Assembly: GCA_040217155.1 (NCBI GenBank)
Contig: JAVJNS010000026.1
Coordinates: 94,366 to 158,365, forward strand
From: Kiloniellaceae bacterium
GTDB lineage: Bacteria > Pseudomonadota > Alphaproteobacteria > Kiloniellales > Kiloniellaceae
Reading direction: 5' to 3'
DNA length: 64,000 nt
Shown here: piece by piece, positions 19,881-29,309 of the stretch
How positions within the stretch are numbered: position 1 is the stretch's first letter
Layout of the letters: each line of letters starts with the position of its first letter
Notes under the pieces: model-generated
Databases searched by the model: none
Seen by the model: the letters and a program-made list of their open reading frames with translations, nothing else
What the model was told of the DNA's origin: nothing
Position numbers and translations under genes: made by a program

Positions 19881-20816
19881 CTAAGACTCCGACGGTCCCC
19901 TGCCCATGCCCGGCAGCACGGCGGGGAATCCCGGCGCCCGCAGCGGCTCTCCCAATTGATCTTCCAGCAGCTTTACGGCTTGGGTGGACCAGGCTTCTTC
20001 TCCATAGGCCTCCGTCGCCCGAACGAAGAATTCGTTCACCAGCTCCGCCAGGGGTAGAGGCGTGTCGGTATCCCGCGCAAGGTTCATTGCCAGGTTGATG
20101 TCCTTCAGCGCCAGGCCCATGGTGAAGGCACAGTCGTAGGAGCCGTTCAGGACCAGCTGGCCCTCGGTCTCATGGGCGAATGAGTTGCCCGAGGAAACGC
20201 GAATGCCGTGATAGGCCTTGGCCAGGTCGACGCCGGCGCGCTTGGCCAGCATCATGGCCTCGCCGCTGGCCCAGAGGTGCACGAAGGCGAGCATATTGGT
20301 AATGACCTTGACGATGGACGCCGAGCCGACCGGCCCCATGTGCTCAATGGCGCCGCCCATGACGGCGAGGAGCGGGCGATAGCGTTCGAAGACAGCTTCC
20401 TCGCCTCCCACCAGGATGGAGATCTCGCCGGTCCAGGCGCGGTTCGCGCCGCCGGTGATGGGCGCTTCCAGCACATCGATGCCGCGGGCGGCGGCCGCTT
20501 CGGCGTAACGCCGCATGTCCGCCGCGTCGGTCGTGCTCATCTCGATCCAGAGGCTGCCGGGCTCAAGGGCGGAGAGCAGGCCGCTATCGCCGGGAACCAC
20601 GGCGGTAACGGCGGCCGGGTTCGGCAGCGAGGTGACGGCGACCTCGGCCCCCTCGGCGGCGGCGCGGCTCGATCCAGCCAGTGTGGCGCCCTGCTCGACA
20701 AGCGGTGCCGCCCGTTTCGAATCGAGATCGAAGAGTGACAGCTGATGCCCCGCCAAAAGAAGGTTGCGCGCCAGAGGAAAACCCACATTGCCCAGTCCGA
20801 TGAAGGCGATTTTCAT
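19881..20816 (-). CDS. NAD(P)-dependent oxidoreductase, 3-hydroxyisobutyrate dehydrogenase family
   Basis: MKIAFIGLGNVG, TSLP, IEMSTT, EAPITGG, VKVITNML, FTMGLALKD. Confidence 0.9.
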   Translation of the reverse strand: MKIAFIGLGNVGFPLARNLLLAGHQLSLFDLDSKRAAPLVEQGATLAGSSRAAAEGAEVAVTSLPNPAAVTAVVPGDSGLLSALEPGSLWIEMSTTDAADMRRYAEAAAARGIDVLEAPITGGANRAWTGEISILVGGEEAVFERYRPLLAVMGGAIEHMGPVGSASIVKVITNMLAFVHLWASGEAMMLAKRAGVDLAKAYHGIRVSSGNSFAHETEGQLVLNGSYDCAFTMGLALKDINLAMNLARDTDTPLPLAELVNEFFVRATEAYGEEAWSTQAVKLLEDQLGEPLRAPGFPAVLPGMGRGPSES

Positions 20817-21001
20817 GCCGATCTCTTTGTTATGAAGTTCCGTGGATGCTACCTGAGCCTGATCGCGACCCCACTGTCCAGTCCCTTGAATGGGCGGCGG
20901 CGATTCAATTCTTGGCTTGACGGGAAACGACGCGTCGGAGCGTAATCGGCTCTGTTCTCGCGCGCCCGGCCGCGCAGTCCACAAGTGTAAGGGGCCAGCG
21001 C

Positions 21002-22186
21002 ATGAAGATCACTTCCTTTGAAGTATTTGTCGTCGGGAACCCGCCGCCGCATTTCGGCGGACGCTACTGGACATTCTTGAAGTTGAGAACCGACGGTGGC
21101 GTCGAGGGGCTTGGAGAGGTCTATTCGCTGCCGTTCCACCCTCGCGCCGTAGAGCCCATGGTAGCCGATGTCTGCGAAAGGATGGTCGTCGGCTGCGACC
21201 CCTTTCAGATCGAGCGCCTGTGGCGCCGGGTCTACAGCAGCGGTTACAGCCAGCGCCCCGACCCTTCGCTGCTTGGCGTGCTGAGCGGCATTGAGATGGC
21301 ATGCTGGGACATCATCGGCAAGGAACTGGGCCGGCCGGTCTATGATCTTCTGGGCGGCAGGGTGCACGAGCGTCTGCGCAGCTACACCTATCTCTATCCC
21401 AAGCCGGGAGAGGACGAGCGCGTCTACAGCGATCCGGACCTGGCGGCCGAGCGGGCGAGCGAGTGTATGGCGCAGGGCTTCACCGCGGTGAAGTTCGACC
21501 CCGCCGGGCCCTACAGCGCCTTCGATCCGCGCCAACTCTCGCTTGAGGCCCTGGAGCGCTGCGAGCTTTTCATGAGGCGCCTGCGCGAGGCGGCGGGTGC
21601 CGACTGCGATCTGCTGTTTGGGACACACGGTCAGATGACGCCGGCGGCGGCGATCAGGCTGGCCAGGCGTTTGGAGCCTTACGATCCGCTGTGGTTCGAA
21701 GAGCCGACGCCGCCGGAAGTGCCGACCGCCATGGGGCAGGTGGCGCGGGCCACTTCGATCCCTGTCGCCAGCGGCGAGCGGCTGACCACCAAGTACGAGT
21801 TTTCCGCCTTGCTGCAGGCCCAGGCGGCGGCCATCCTGCAGATGAACCTGGGACGCGTCGGCGGGTTGCTCGAGGCTAAGAAAATCGCCGGCATGGCCGA
21901 GGCGCACTATGTGCAGATCGCCCCCCACCTCTATTGCGGACCGGTTGTCGGAGCCGCCAACATTCAGATCAGTACCTGCAGTCCTAATTTCCTGATTCTG
22001 GAGTCGATCCAGGACTGGAAGGGCTTCCACAGTGAGATTCTGAAACGCCCGATCCGCTGGGAGAGCGGCTATGTGATCCCTCCCGAGGAACCGGGCCTGG
22101 GCGTCGAACTGGACGAGGCGGTGGCGCGCGCCCATCCCTACACGGGTGAGGCGCTTCATCTCGAAATGAGCCCCCAGCCGGAATGA
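21002..22186 (+). CDS. Mandelate racemase/muconate lactonizing enzyme family protein (acid-sugar dehydratase-like)
   Basis: GIEMACWDIIGK..G.PVYDLLGG, AVKFD, LWFEEP, ASGERL, IAPH; enolase superfamily. Confidence 0.9.
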   Translation: MKITSFEVFVVGNPPPHFGGRYWTFLKLRTDGGVEGLGEVYSLPFHPRAVEPMVADVCERMVVGCDPFQIERLWRRVYSSGYSQRPDPSLLGVLSGIEMACWDIIGKELGRPVYDLLGGRVHERLRSYTYLYPKPGEDERVYSDPDLAAERASECMAQGFTAVKFDPAGPYSAFDPRQLSLEALERCELFMRRLREAAGADCDLLFGTHGQMTPAAAIRLARRLEPYDPLWFEEPTPPEVPTAMGQVARATSIPVASGERLTTKYEFSALLQAQAAAILQMNLGRVGGLLEAKKIAGMAEAHYVQIAPHLYCGPVVGAANIQISTCSPNFLILESIQDWKGFHSEILKRPIRWESGYVIPPEEPGLGVELDEAVARAHPYTGEALHLEMSPQPE

Positions 22187-22220
22187 CCAACTCTCTCGGA
22201 CACAAGGAGTTCGCCGGAAC

Positions 22221-23267
22221 ATGAAGGCAGCGGTCCTTGAAGCCTACAACGCTCCCCTGGTCCTGCGGGACGTGCCGGATCCGGAGCCCGGCAAGGCCGG
22301 CGCGGTTATCAGGGTTGAAGCCAATGGCATCTGCCGCAGCGACTGGCATGCCTGGGCCGAACACTGGCCGGGGTTCCTGAAACTGCCGCATGTGCTCGGG
22401 CATGAGATGTGCGGGACCGTCGAGGCCGTCGGCCCTGAAGTGACCCGCTTCCGGCCGGGCCAGCGGGTCATCGTACCGTTCAGCGGCGGAGACGGAGTCT
22501 GTCACTGGTGTCATTCCGGAATGCCGCACATCTGCGAAGATCCCGTCATGCCGGGATTCCGCTCCTGGGGCGGCTTTGCCGAGCTTGTCGCGGTCGAGAA
22601 GGCGGATTTCAATCTCGTGCCGCTGCCCGACGAGGTGAGCTTTCTGGCCGGCGCGGGCATGGGTTGCCGCTTTATGACGGCGTTCCACGGATTGACCGAC
22701 AGGGTGCGCCTTAGCGCCGGCGAATGGATTGTCGTCTACGGCTGCGGCGGCGTCGGCCTGTCCGTTGTGGAAATCGCCAGCCGCCTGGGGGCCCAGGTCA
22801 TCGCGGTCGATATCGGCGCCGAAAAACTGTCCCTCGCCAGGGAACTCGGCGCGATCGCCGCAATCGATGCCTCGGCGGTGGACGACCCTGCGGCGGCGGT
22901 ATTGGATCTGACCGCGGGCGGCGCGCAGGTCTCCGTCGATGCGCTGGGCATCCAGCAGACTTGCGAAAACGCGGTGCGCAGCCTGACCAAGCGTGGCCGT
23001 CACCTGCAGGTCGGCATGACGACCGGCCAGTCCGGCGGGCGGCTGCAACTGCCGATCGACGACATCATCGGCAAAGAACTGATCGTTTTCGGCAGCAAGG
23101 GCATGCCCGCCCATGACTTTCCCACGATGCTGCGCCTGGTGGCCGGCGGAAGCCTCGATCCGGCCCGCCTGGTGACGAAGACGGTGTCCTTGGAGGAGGC
23201 CGGCTCAGTCCTGGCCTCCATGGATCGCTTCGATACCCTCGGTTTCACCGTCATCGACCGTTTCTAG
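22221..23267 (+). CDS. Zinc-dependent alcohol dehydrogenase family protein
   Basis: GICRSDWH, LGHEMCG, GCRFMTAF, YGCGGVG. Confidence 0.92.
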   Translation: MKAAVLEAYNAPLVLRDVPDPEPGKAGAVIRVEANGICRSDWHAWAEHWPGFLKLPHVLGHEMCGTVEAVGPEVTRFRPGQRVIVPFSGGDGVCHWCHSGMPHICEDPVMPGFRSWGGFAELVAVEKADFNLVPLPDEVSFLAGAGMGCRFMTAFHGLTDRVRLSAGEWIVVYGCGGVGLSVVEIASRLGAQVIAVDIGAEKLSLARELGAIAAIDASAVDDPAAAVLDLTAGGAQVSVDALGIQQTCENAVRSLTKRGRHLQVGMTTGQSGGRLQLPIDDIIGKELIVFGSKGMPAHDFPTMLRLVAGGSLDPARLVTKTVSLEEAGSVLASMDRFDTLGFTVIDRF

Positions 23268-23405
23268 GTTTGCTTCTGCGCCCGGAGCGCTGGGCCGTGC
23301 GATCTCGCCGTGATTACCCTCACTGCGCCGACGCGGGGCTGGCGCTCTTTGCTATGCTGGTCGCGGAGGGCCCACCAGCCGGCAGTGAAACAGGGGATCC
23401 AGGCC

Positions 23406-25616
23406 ATGAGCAACGAAATCGAAGGTCTCGACAAGGCGGCGGTTACACTGGCACCGGGCGAGGGGCGGGCAGTCAGCAGCCTGCGCCGCCTGATCTTGCG
23501 CGGACAGCCATTCTGCGTGCTGAAGCAGCGCGGCGCCTTCGCCGACATGGCTTACGATCATGGCCGGCTGCTGGCGGCGGAGATGGAGATCGGCGCTTTT
23601 CCGGAGATCGTCTCCACCATCGCCCGCAGCGTGAACCTGGAAAGTGCGATCCTCAGCAACGTGGCCTCCGCCCTTTACCGCGCCTACAGCGACCGGGTTT
23701 TGGAGCACTGCAGCGATGAGTTTCAGGCTGCCGTTGAAGCGCTTTCGCAAGGCTACCGCGACGGTACCGGAGACCCGAAGTTCTCCGCCCTCGAAGTGCG
23801 TGACGCCATTATCGCCATTGAGGTCGGCAACATCATCGATGGCGTTTCACGCAGCTTCGCGATTCCCGGCGTTCGTGCGCTGCGCGCGCCCGCCGTCCTG
23901 GCGCTGGTCGCATCCAAAATCAGCGACCCCGACACCCGGAACTATGTGGAATCGGCCAAGCAGGACAAAGTCAAGCAGCGCGATGTGGCCTCGGCCCTGC
24001 GGGTTCTGGCCGGCCCCAACAACCGCATCGACTTCGCCTGCACGGGCTTCGCGGTACCGGCGCCGCTGTCGTCCCAGGGACTGCACCTTCACGCCCGCAA
24101 TTTGGATGCCGACCTCTATCATTGGAACAAGGCTCCGGTGTTGTCTCTCCTGGACGAGACAGAAGGCCATCCCGGGCGGCGCAAATACGCCGCCTTCGGC
24201 ACTGCCGGGCTGATCTATCCCGGCGGCATCAGTGGCCTCAACGACTCCGGCCTCGCCGTCTCTCTGCACCAGATGTCGACCACGGAAGTGGAGAGCGGCT
24301 TCCTCTTTGGCAAAGGCGACATCGCGCCCTTCGTCGAGCAGCGCATGCTGCGCGAGGCGGGCAGCGTCGACGACGCCGTGGACATTGCCAAGGACAGCCG
24401 GCATTTCGCCGCCTGGACGGTCTTCGTGTCCGACGCCAAGACCGGCGCCGCGCGGCGCATTGAAATCAACGGCGAGCGGGTGCGGGTCACCAAACATGAA
24501 GGTGAGGCCGTCGCTCAGACCAACCACTTTCTTCATCCCGACATGGTGGAGCGCCATTTCGACGAGGACGACGAGCACTTCACGCCGACATTTGGCAAAT
24601 GGCTCGAGACTCATGCGCGCTACGACTCGGTACGGGAGGCATTGGATGAGAATGCCGGGCGGGGCCGTATCGACGTTTCCTGGGCGATAGATTGGCTGGC
24701 TTCGAGCCGAGACGGCGCCCTTGAGGCGATCCGGAAAGCCCAGCCGTCGCCGCCGGAACCGCTGGCGGCGGAGCGCGCCTACGGCCGGGTGCCGCGCAAG
24801 GTCTACGGCCAGCTCGGCAGTATCGTCCTGGCGGATCCTCAGCGCCGGCCTTGGCGCGACCAAGTTTGGATGACCACTGGAGATCGCCTGCCCTCGCCCC
24901 ACAGCACCTACTGCGGCTGGCAGGTGGATTGGGAAGGCTTTGAGTTGAGCCTCCTGGCCGACCCGCCGCTGCGGCGTGTGGAGCGCTACCAGAAGGATGG
25001 GCGCAAGAATTGGGAGGTTTCCCTGGAACGCTATCTTTGGGCGCGCCTCGCCGTCTCCCGCCCAAGGGACAGCGCGGGCGCGCTGCTGCGCCGCCGACAA
25101 ACCGCGGCGGAAGTGCAGAAAGGCATTGGCGGAGCCATCCACCTGCTGAGCTCGGCCATCGAGCTGGCGGCTGTGGACCGGCTTGTCGAGGTGCCCTACC
25201 ACTACATGCGCGCGCGCCTGCGCCACCAAAGTGGCGACTTCAAAGGGGCCGCGGCCGACTGGTGCCTGCTGCGCGCCATCTGGGCCTGGCAGCAGAACGC
25301 ACCGGCAATCGCCGCCGACTGGCCTGTCCCGGTGCCGCGGATCATGCCGCTGATGCATCCTTACGAAGCCGCACTGGTCGCCCTGCTATCTTCGGTCACT
25401 GAAGACCTGCGCTTCGGCGACACGACCTGGGACGGCCGGCAGGAACGCCTCGACATGGCACAGGCGCTGCTCGAGGAGGTGAAGCGGGACGTCTTCGGCG
25501 CCGGCAAACCCGCCCATTTCGACTTGAAGAACTGGCTGAAGCTGCTGGCTGAGGTAAGGGCGCAGGGTGCGGCCGCCATCGAACTGCCGGAACCCAACTT
25601 CGTCACGGCGGAATAG
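23406..25616 (+). CDS. C45-family (Ntn-hydrolase, acyl-CoA:6-APA acyltransferase-like) protein with long C-terminal extension
   Basis: MAYDHGRLL, autocleavage site A|CTGF (Cys codon at 24039), HARNLD, GISGLNDSGL, WTVFVSD, QTNHF. Start moved to ATG 23406. Confidence 0.75.
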   Translation: MSNEIEGLDKAAVTLAPGEGRAVSSLRRLILRGQPFCVLKQRGAFADMAYDHGRLLAAEMEIGAFPEIVSTIARSVNLESAILSNVASALYRAYSDRVLEHCSDEFQAAVEALSQGYRDGTGDPKFSALEVRDAIIAIEVGNIIDGVSRSFAIPGVRALRAPAVLALVASKISDPDTRNYVESAKQDKVKQRDVASALRVLAGPNNRIDFACTGFAVPAPLSSQGLHLHARNLDADLYHWNKAPVLSLLDETEGHPGRRKYAAFGTAGLIYPGGISGLNDSGLAVSLHQMSTTEVESGFLFGKGDIAPFVEQRMLREAGSVDDAVDIAKDSRHFAAWTVFVSDAKTGAARRIEINGERVRVTKHEGEAVAQTNHFLHPDMVERHFDEDDEHFTPTFGKWLETHARYDSVREALDENAGRGRIDVSWAIDWLASSRDGALEAIRKAQPSPPEPLAAERAYGRVPRKVYGQLGSIVLADPQRRPWRDQVWMTTGDRLPSPHSTYCGWQVDWEGFELSLLADPPLRRVERYQKDGRKNWEVSLERYLWARLAVSRPRDSAGALLRRRQTAAEVQKGIGGAIHLLSSAIELAAVDRLVEVPYHYMRARLRHQSGDFKGAAADWCLLRAIWAWQQNAPAIAADWPVPVPRIMPLMHPYEAALVALLSSVTEDLRFGDTTWDGRQERLDMAQALLEEVKRDVFGAGKPAHFDLKNWLKLLAEVRAQGAAAIELPEPNFVTAE

Positions 25617-25617
25617 G

Positions 25618-26505
25618 TCAGCCGCGCTTGGGAACCGCTATGTTGTCGATGAGCCGCACCGCGCCCATCCAGCCCGCGACAAAGAGCCGCGCCGGGCGGT
25701 CGGGTCGCGAAAGTTCCACAAGGGTATCGCCGCACCGCAGCTCGAGATAGTCGAGTTTCTCGATGCCGGCGGCGGCCAGCTGGGCCCGACCCTGATCGAG
25801 CACCTGTGCGGTCTTGTCCCCGCCGGCGGAGAGCTTTTCGGCCATCGCCGTGAGAGTGCGGTAGATTGCCGGCGCCGCAGCGCGCTGTTCGGCAGTCAGC
25901 AGCGCGTTGCGTGAGGAGAGCGCCAGGCCGTCGCGGTCGCGCACCGTGGGGACGGGGACGATCGAGACGGGCATGTCCAGATCGCGCGCCATGCGCCGCA
26001 CGACCAGCAGCTGCTGATAATCCTTCTCGCCGAAGTAGGCGCGGTCCGCCGATGTCATCTGGAACAGCTTGGCGACGACCGTGGCCACGCCCTCCATGTG
26101 GCCGGGCCGGGTCCGGCCGCAGAGGCAATCCGAGAGGCCGGGCACGGAAACCCTGGTCTGAAATCCTGCAGGGTAGACCTCCTCCACCGGCGGCGCGAAG
26201 AGCAGATCGACCCCAGCAGCCGACAGCTTGCCGGTATCGCCGGCTTCATCGCGCGGATAAGCGGAGAGATCGTCAGGCCGGTTGAACTGCTTTGGATTGA
26301 CGAAGATGGTGGCGATCACGCGGTCGCAGTCGCCTTTGGCCGCCTCGACCAGGGCCAGATGTCCCTCGTGCAGTGACCCCATGGTGGGCACCACGCCGAC
26401 GCGCTGCCCGGCCCGTCGCCAGCGCCCGACCTCGGCGCGCAGGTCGGGGATCCGCCGCAGGATCGCCATGCCGCCGCAACTCGCGCCGTCCTCTGCCAAG
26501 TTCAT
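25618..26505 (-). CDS. panC: Pantoate--beta-alanine ligase
   Basis: VPTMGSLHEGH, IFVNPKQF, RPGHMEGVATVV, FGEKDYQQ, GLALSSRN, RLIDN. Alternative start ATG 26469. Confidence 0.97.
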   Translation of the reverse strand: MNLAEDGASCGGMAILRRIPDLRAEVGRWRRAGQRVGVVPTMGSLHEGHLALVEAAKGDCDRVIATIFVNPKQFNRPDDLSAYPRDEAGDTGKLSAAGVDLLFAPPVEEVYPAGFQTRVSVPGLSDCLCGRTRPGHMEGVATVVAKLFQMTSADRAYFGEKDYQQLLVVRRMARDLDMPVSIVPVPTVRDRDGLALSSRNALLTAEQRAAAPAIYRTLTAMAEKLSAGGDKTAQVLDQGRAQLAAAGIEKLDYLELRCGDTLVELSRPDRPARLFVAGWMGAVRLIDNIAVPKRG

Positions 26506-26775
26506 CGCTTGTCCTTCGGTTTGCCGGACCAGGGTGGATTTGAACCATCTCGCGTCTCGACTCGCAAGCCGGGAAACGGCAACAGAGGAGGGTGTCAGCT
26601 TTCGCGCGTGAGCTTTACACGGCGGTTTGAATCTTCGGCGGCGGCCGGCCCCCTTCGCCGCCCCCGCACCTCTTCCCGGATCCAGCGGTTAGGTCGCTGC
26701 GCTTCCTCGCTCTGGTGCAAGCCCGGCTGGCGTAGTAGACAAAGGATCTCACTGGTTGAATTTCTGAAGCTTGCG

Positions 26776-27138
26776 ATGACCTACGAAGAGTTCAACGCAT
26801 TCTGCGGTTCCTTGCCCGCGACGACACATGTCGTGCAGTGGGGCGGGTCGCACGTCTGGAAGGTTGGTGGGAAAGTCTTCGCCATCGGCGGCTGGGGTGA
26901 CGAGGATGCGCGCTTTACCTTCAAGACCTCAGAGCTCTCATATAACATTCTGAAGGAGCAGGAAGGCCTGCGCCCGGCGCCATATCTGGCCTCGCGGGGC
27001 ATGAAGTGGATCCAGCACCATGCCGCGCCGGGCCTCTCCGACGAAGGCTTGCAAGACTATATCCGGGAATCTCATAGGCTCGTTTCGCTCGGCCTGACCA
27101 AGAAGTTGCAGCGGGAACTGGGCCTCAATCAGGACTAG
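26776..27138 (+). CDS. MmcQ/YjbR family protein
   Basis: FCGSLP....QWG..HVWKVGGKVFA, RPAPYLA..KW. Start moved to ATG 26776. Confidence 0.85.
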   Translation: MTYEEFNAFCGSLPATTHVVQWGGSHVWKVGGKVFAIGGWGDEDARFTFKTSELSYNILKEQEGLRPAPYLASRGMKWIQHHAAPGLSDEGLQDYIRESHRLVSLGLTKKLQRELGLNQD

Positions 27139-27346
27139 GCGCTGATGTCTTGAAGCCATCGATCAATGCTCGGCGACGATTTCCGCGGTGCGGCAACTGT
27201 GTTGATGAGCCCCTGCTCAATACGACTATGGACGCGGCGTAGAAAGTTACATCAAATCAGGTGCCGGCGTCAGGTGGACCGCTGCGTAATCCGGCAAATG
27301 CGATAAGATCGATCCTAGAATCTGCATCGCGACTGCTGGAGGATTC

Positions 27347-28246
27347 ATGAAACAGGTTGGGGTTGTCGGACTCGGCGACATGGGTTCAGGTCTGGCGAAG
27401 AACCTGATTGCCGCGGGATTCACCGTTCTTGGATTTGATCTCAGCGAAAGTCGCATGGCGGGCTTTGCCGCCATGGGCGGCACCGCGGCGGCTTCGGCCG
27501 CCGATGCCGGCCGGGGATCGGATGTTGTTTTCGTCATGGTGATGAATGGCGATCAGGCCAAGGAGGTCATCCTCGGTGGCGATGGCGGCAAGGGACTCGT
27601 TGCCACGATGGCGCCGGGCAGTGTGGTGTTGCTGACGGCGACGATCAAGGCGTCCGAAGCGCGTGAGATCGGCGCGGCAATGCAGGGCTCGGACATTCAC
27701 ATGATCGATACTCCTGTCAGCGGCGGATTCCCTGGCGCGCAGGGCGGAACGCTGACGATGATGGCTGCCGGGTCCGATGCGGCGCTGGAAAAAGCCGGAC
27801 CGGCGATGGCGGCGGTCGGCAAGACCATCCATCGTGTCGGCACCGAAGCCGGCATGGGTCAGACGGTGAAGGCCTGCCTGCAATCGCTGATCGGTTCAAT
27901 CTTCTCCGCCACATTCGAGGCCTCTGTGTTGGCGGCGAAGGCCGGTGTCAGCGCCGACGTTCTCTACCAGGTGTTTTCGACGTCCGGTGCGGGTTGCGGT
28001 GTCGCCAATACCGCGCTTGAGAACATCATCGAGCGTAAGTTCGAAGGCACCGGAAGCCATATCAACACCATGTACAAGGACCTGACCATCGCCATGGACC
28101 TGGCGCGTGATCTGGGCGTGCCGCTTTTCACCGCAGCGACGGCCATGCAGTTGTTTCAGGCGGGCAAGACCCGGTATCCCGACGGCGACAACTGGGTGGT
28201 GACCCGGGTCATCGAAGAGATCGTCGGCGCCGGTCTGAAACGCTGA
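27347..28246 (+). CDS. NAD(P)-dependent beta-hydroxyacid dehydrogenase (3-HIBADH/LtnD-like family)
   Basis: VGVVGLGDMG, IDTPVSGG, GQTVK, MYKDL. GGAGG RBS. Confidence 0.9.
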   Translation: MKQVGVVGLGDMGSGLAKNLIAAGFTVLGFDLSESRMAGFAAMGGTAAASAADAGRGSDVVFVMVMNGDQAKEVILGGDGGKGLVATMAPGSVVLLTATIKASEAREIGAAMQGSDIHMIDTPVSGGFPGAQGGTLTMMAAGSDAALEKAGPAMAAVGKTIHRVGTEAGMGQTVKACLQSLIGSIFSATFEASVLAAKAGVSADVLYQVFSTSGAGCGVANTALENIIERKFEGTGSHINTMYKDLTIAMDLARDLGVPLFTAATAMQLFQAGKTRYPDGDNWVVTRVIEEIVGAGLKR

Positions 28247-28261
28247 AGGGGAGTCGAGAAA

Positions 28262-29128
28262 ATGAAACTGGGGGTCATCACCGACGGGATCAGCCGTGAC
28301 CTGGACCATGCGCTCTCGGTCATGGACGAGTTCGACCTTGATTATGCCGAGCTTCAGTTCATCGGCGAGAAAGAGGTGGGCGATCTCGATCGCACTGAAC
28401 GGGCGTCCACGCTCGAGCTTGTCAGAAAGCACAACAAGAAAGTCTCCTGCATCTCGCGGCATCTGTTCGCCGGCATGTACATGGCTTCCTCGAGACCGGG
28501 CGACGAAGTTCACAGCAAGCACATGGACGCCCTCAAGCGCTGCATCGAGATGGCGCAGGAGTTCGACTGCGGCACCGTTCGTATCATGACCGGCAAGAAG
28601 GAAATGATCCTCTGGGGCCATCACGGGGCTGAGCAGTGGAACGTCGCCAAGGGCGCCTGGGAGGCGCAGCTGCCTCTGATCGCTCCGGCCGTCGAGCTGG
28701 CCAGGTCGGAGGGTATCCTCCTTGTCGTCGAGACCGGCAACGGCACCATGGTTAACTCGTGCTATACGGCCCGCAGGCTGATTGACGATTTGAACGCCAA
28801 GGAAACGCTCAAGGTGCTTTGGGATCCGGCCAACAACTGCTGGTGTCACGAGACCGCCTGGCCGGACGGCTACAACGAGATCCGCGAGGGCTACCTGGGC
28901 CACCTTCACATCAAGGATGTCTATGTCGACACTCCGCGCGCGACCCTCGAGGTCCGGCCGATGCTCGAAGGCCAGCTCGCGGAGCAGTTTCGCCCCCTGG
29001 CCGCGGCACTGCGCGCCGACGGTTATGACGGTGTCATCTCCTATGAGAGCGTCTATCATCCCGGCAACGGCGACTTCGAGGCAGGGTTTCGACAGAATAT
29101 CGGCATCTTCAAGGAGATTTTTGGCTGA
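28262..29128 (+). CDS. Sugar phosphate isomerase/epimerase (xylose-isomerase-like TIM barrel)
   Basis: LVVET, VLWDPAN, HLHIKD, ISYE metal-binding pattern. Confidence 0.85.
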   Translation: MKLGVITDGISRDLDHALSVMDEFDLDYAELQFIGEKEVGDLDRTERASTLELVRKHNKKVSCISRHLFAGMYMASSRPGDEVHSKHMDALKRCIEMAQEFDCGTVRIMTGKKEMILWGHHGAEQWNVAKGAWEAQLPLIAPAVELARSEGILLVVETGNGTMVNSCYTARRLIDDLNAKETLKVLWDPANNCWCHETAWPDGYNEIREGYLGHLHIKDVYVDTPRATLEVRPMLEGQLAEQFRPLAAALRADGYDGVISYESVYHPGNGDFEAGFRQNIGIFKEIFG

Positions 29129-29153
29129 GCGTAAGGCCATGCCGGGGGCAATT

Positions 29154-29182
29154 CCTGCGGTTCTGAGTTCACCAACCGCAGG
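29154..29182. terminator. Stem-loop after the isomerase gene, possible terminator
   Basis: CCTGCGGTT-N11-AACCGCAGG, a perfect 9-bp inverted repeat; no clear U-tract. Confidence 0.35.
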
Positions 29183-29309
29183 GCCGGCCCACGACAAGCC
29201 TGCCCTCCGCGGCCTCGCAAATTCCGTGCGGCAAGGGATCAAAGCGGGTAGAAATTGGCGCAGCCCTGCGGGCGCCTCCGCGCCTGCGCTCATCATCTAG
29301 AACGACCTT

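Noticed and set aside
26521-26600. GGTTCAAATCC on the minus strand resembling a tRNA T-loop
   Set aside because: No D-arm, anticodon arm or acceptor stem could be built; only an isolated hairpin.
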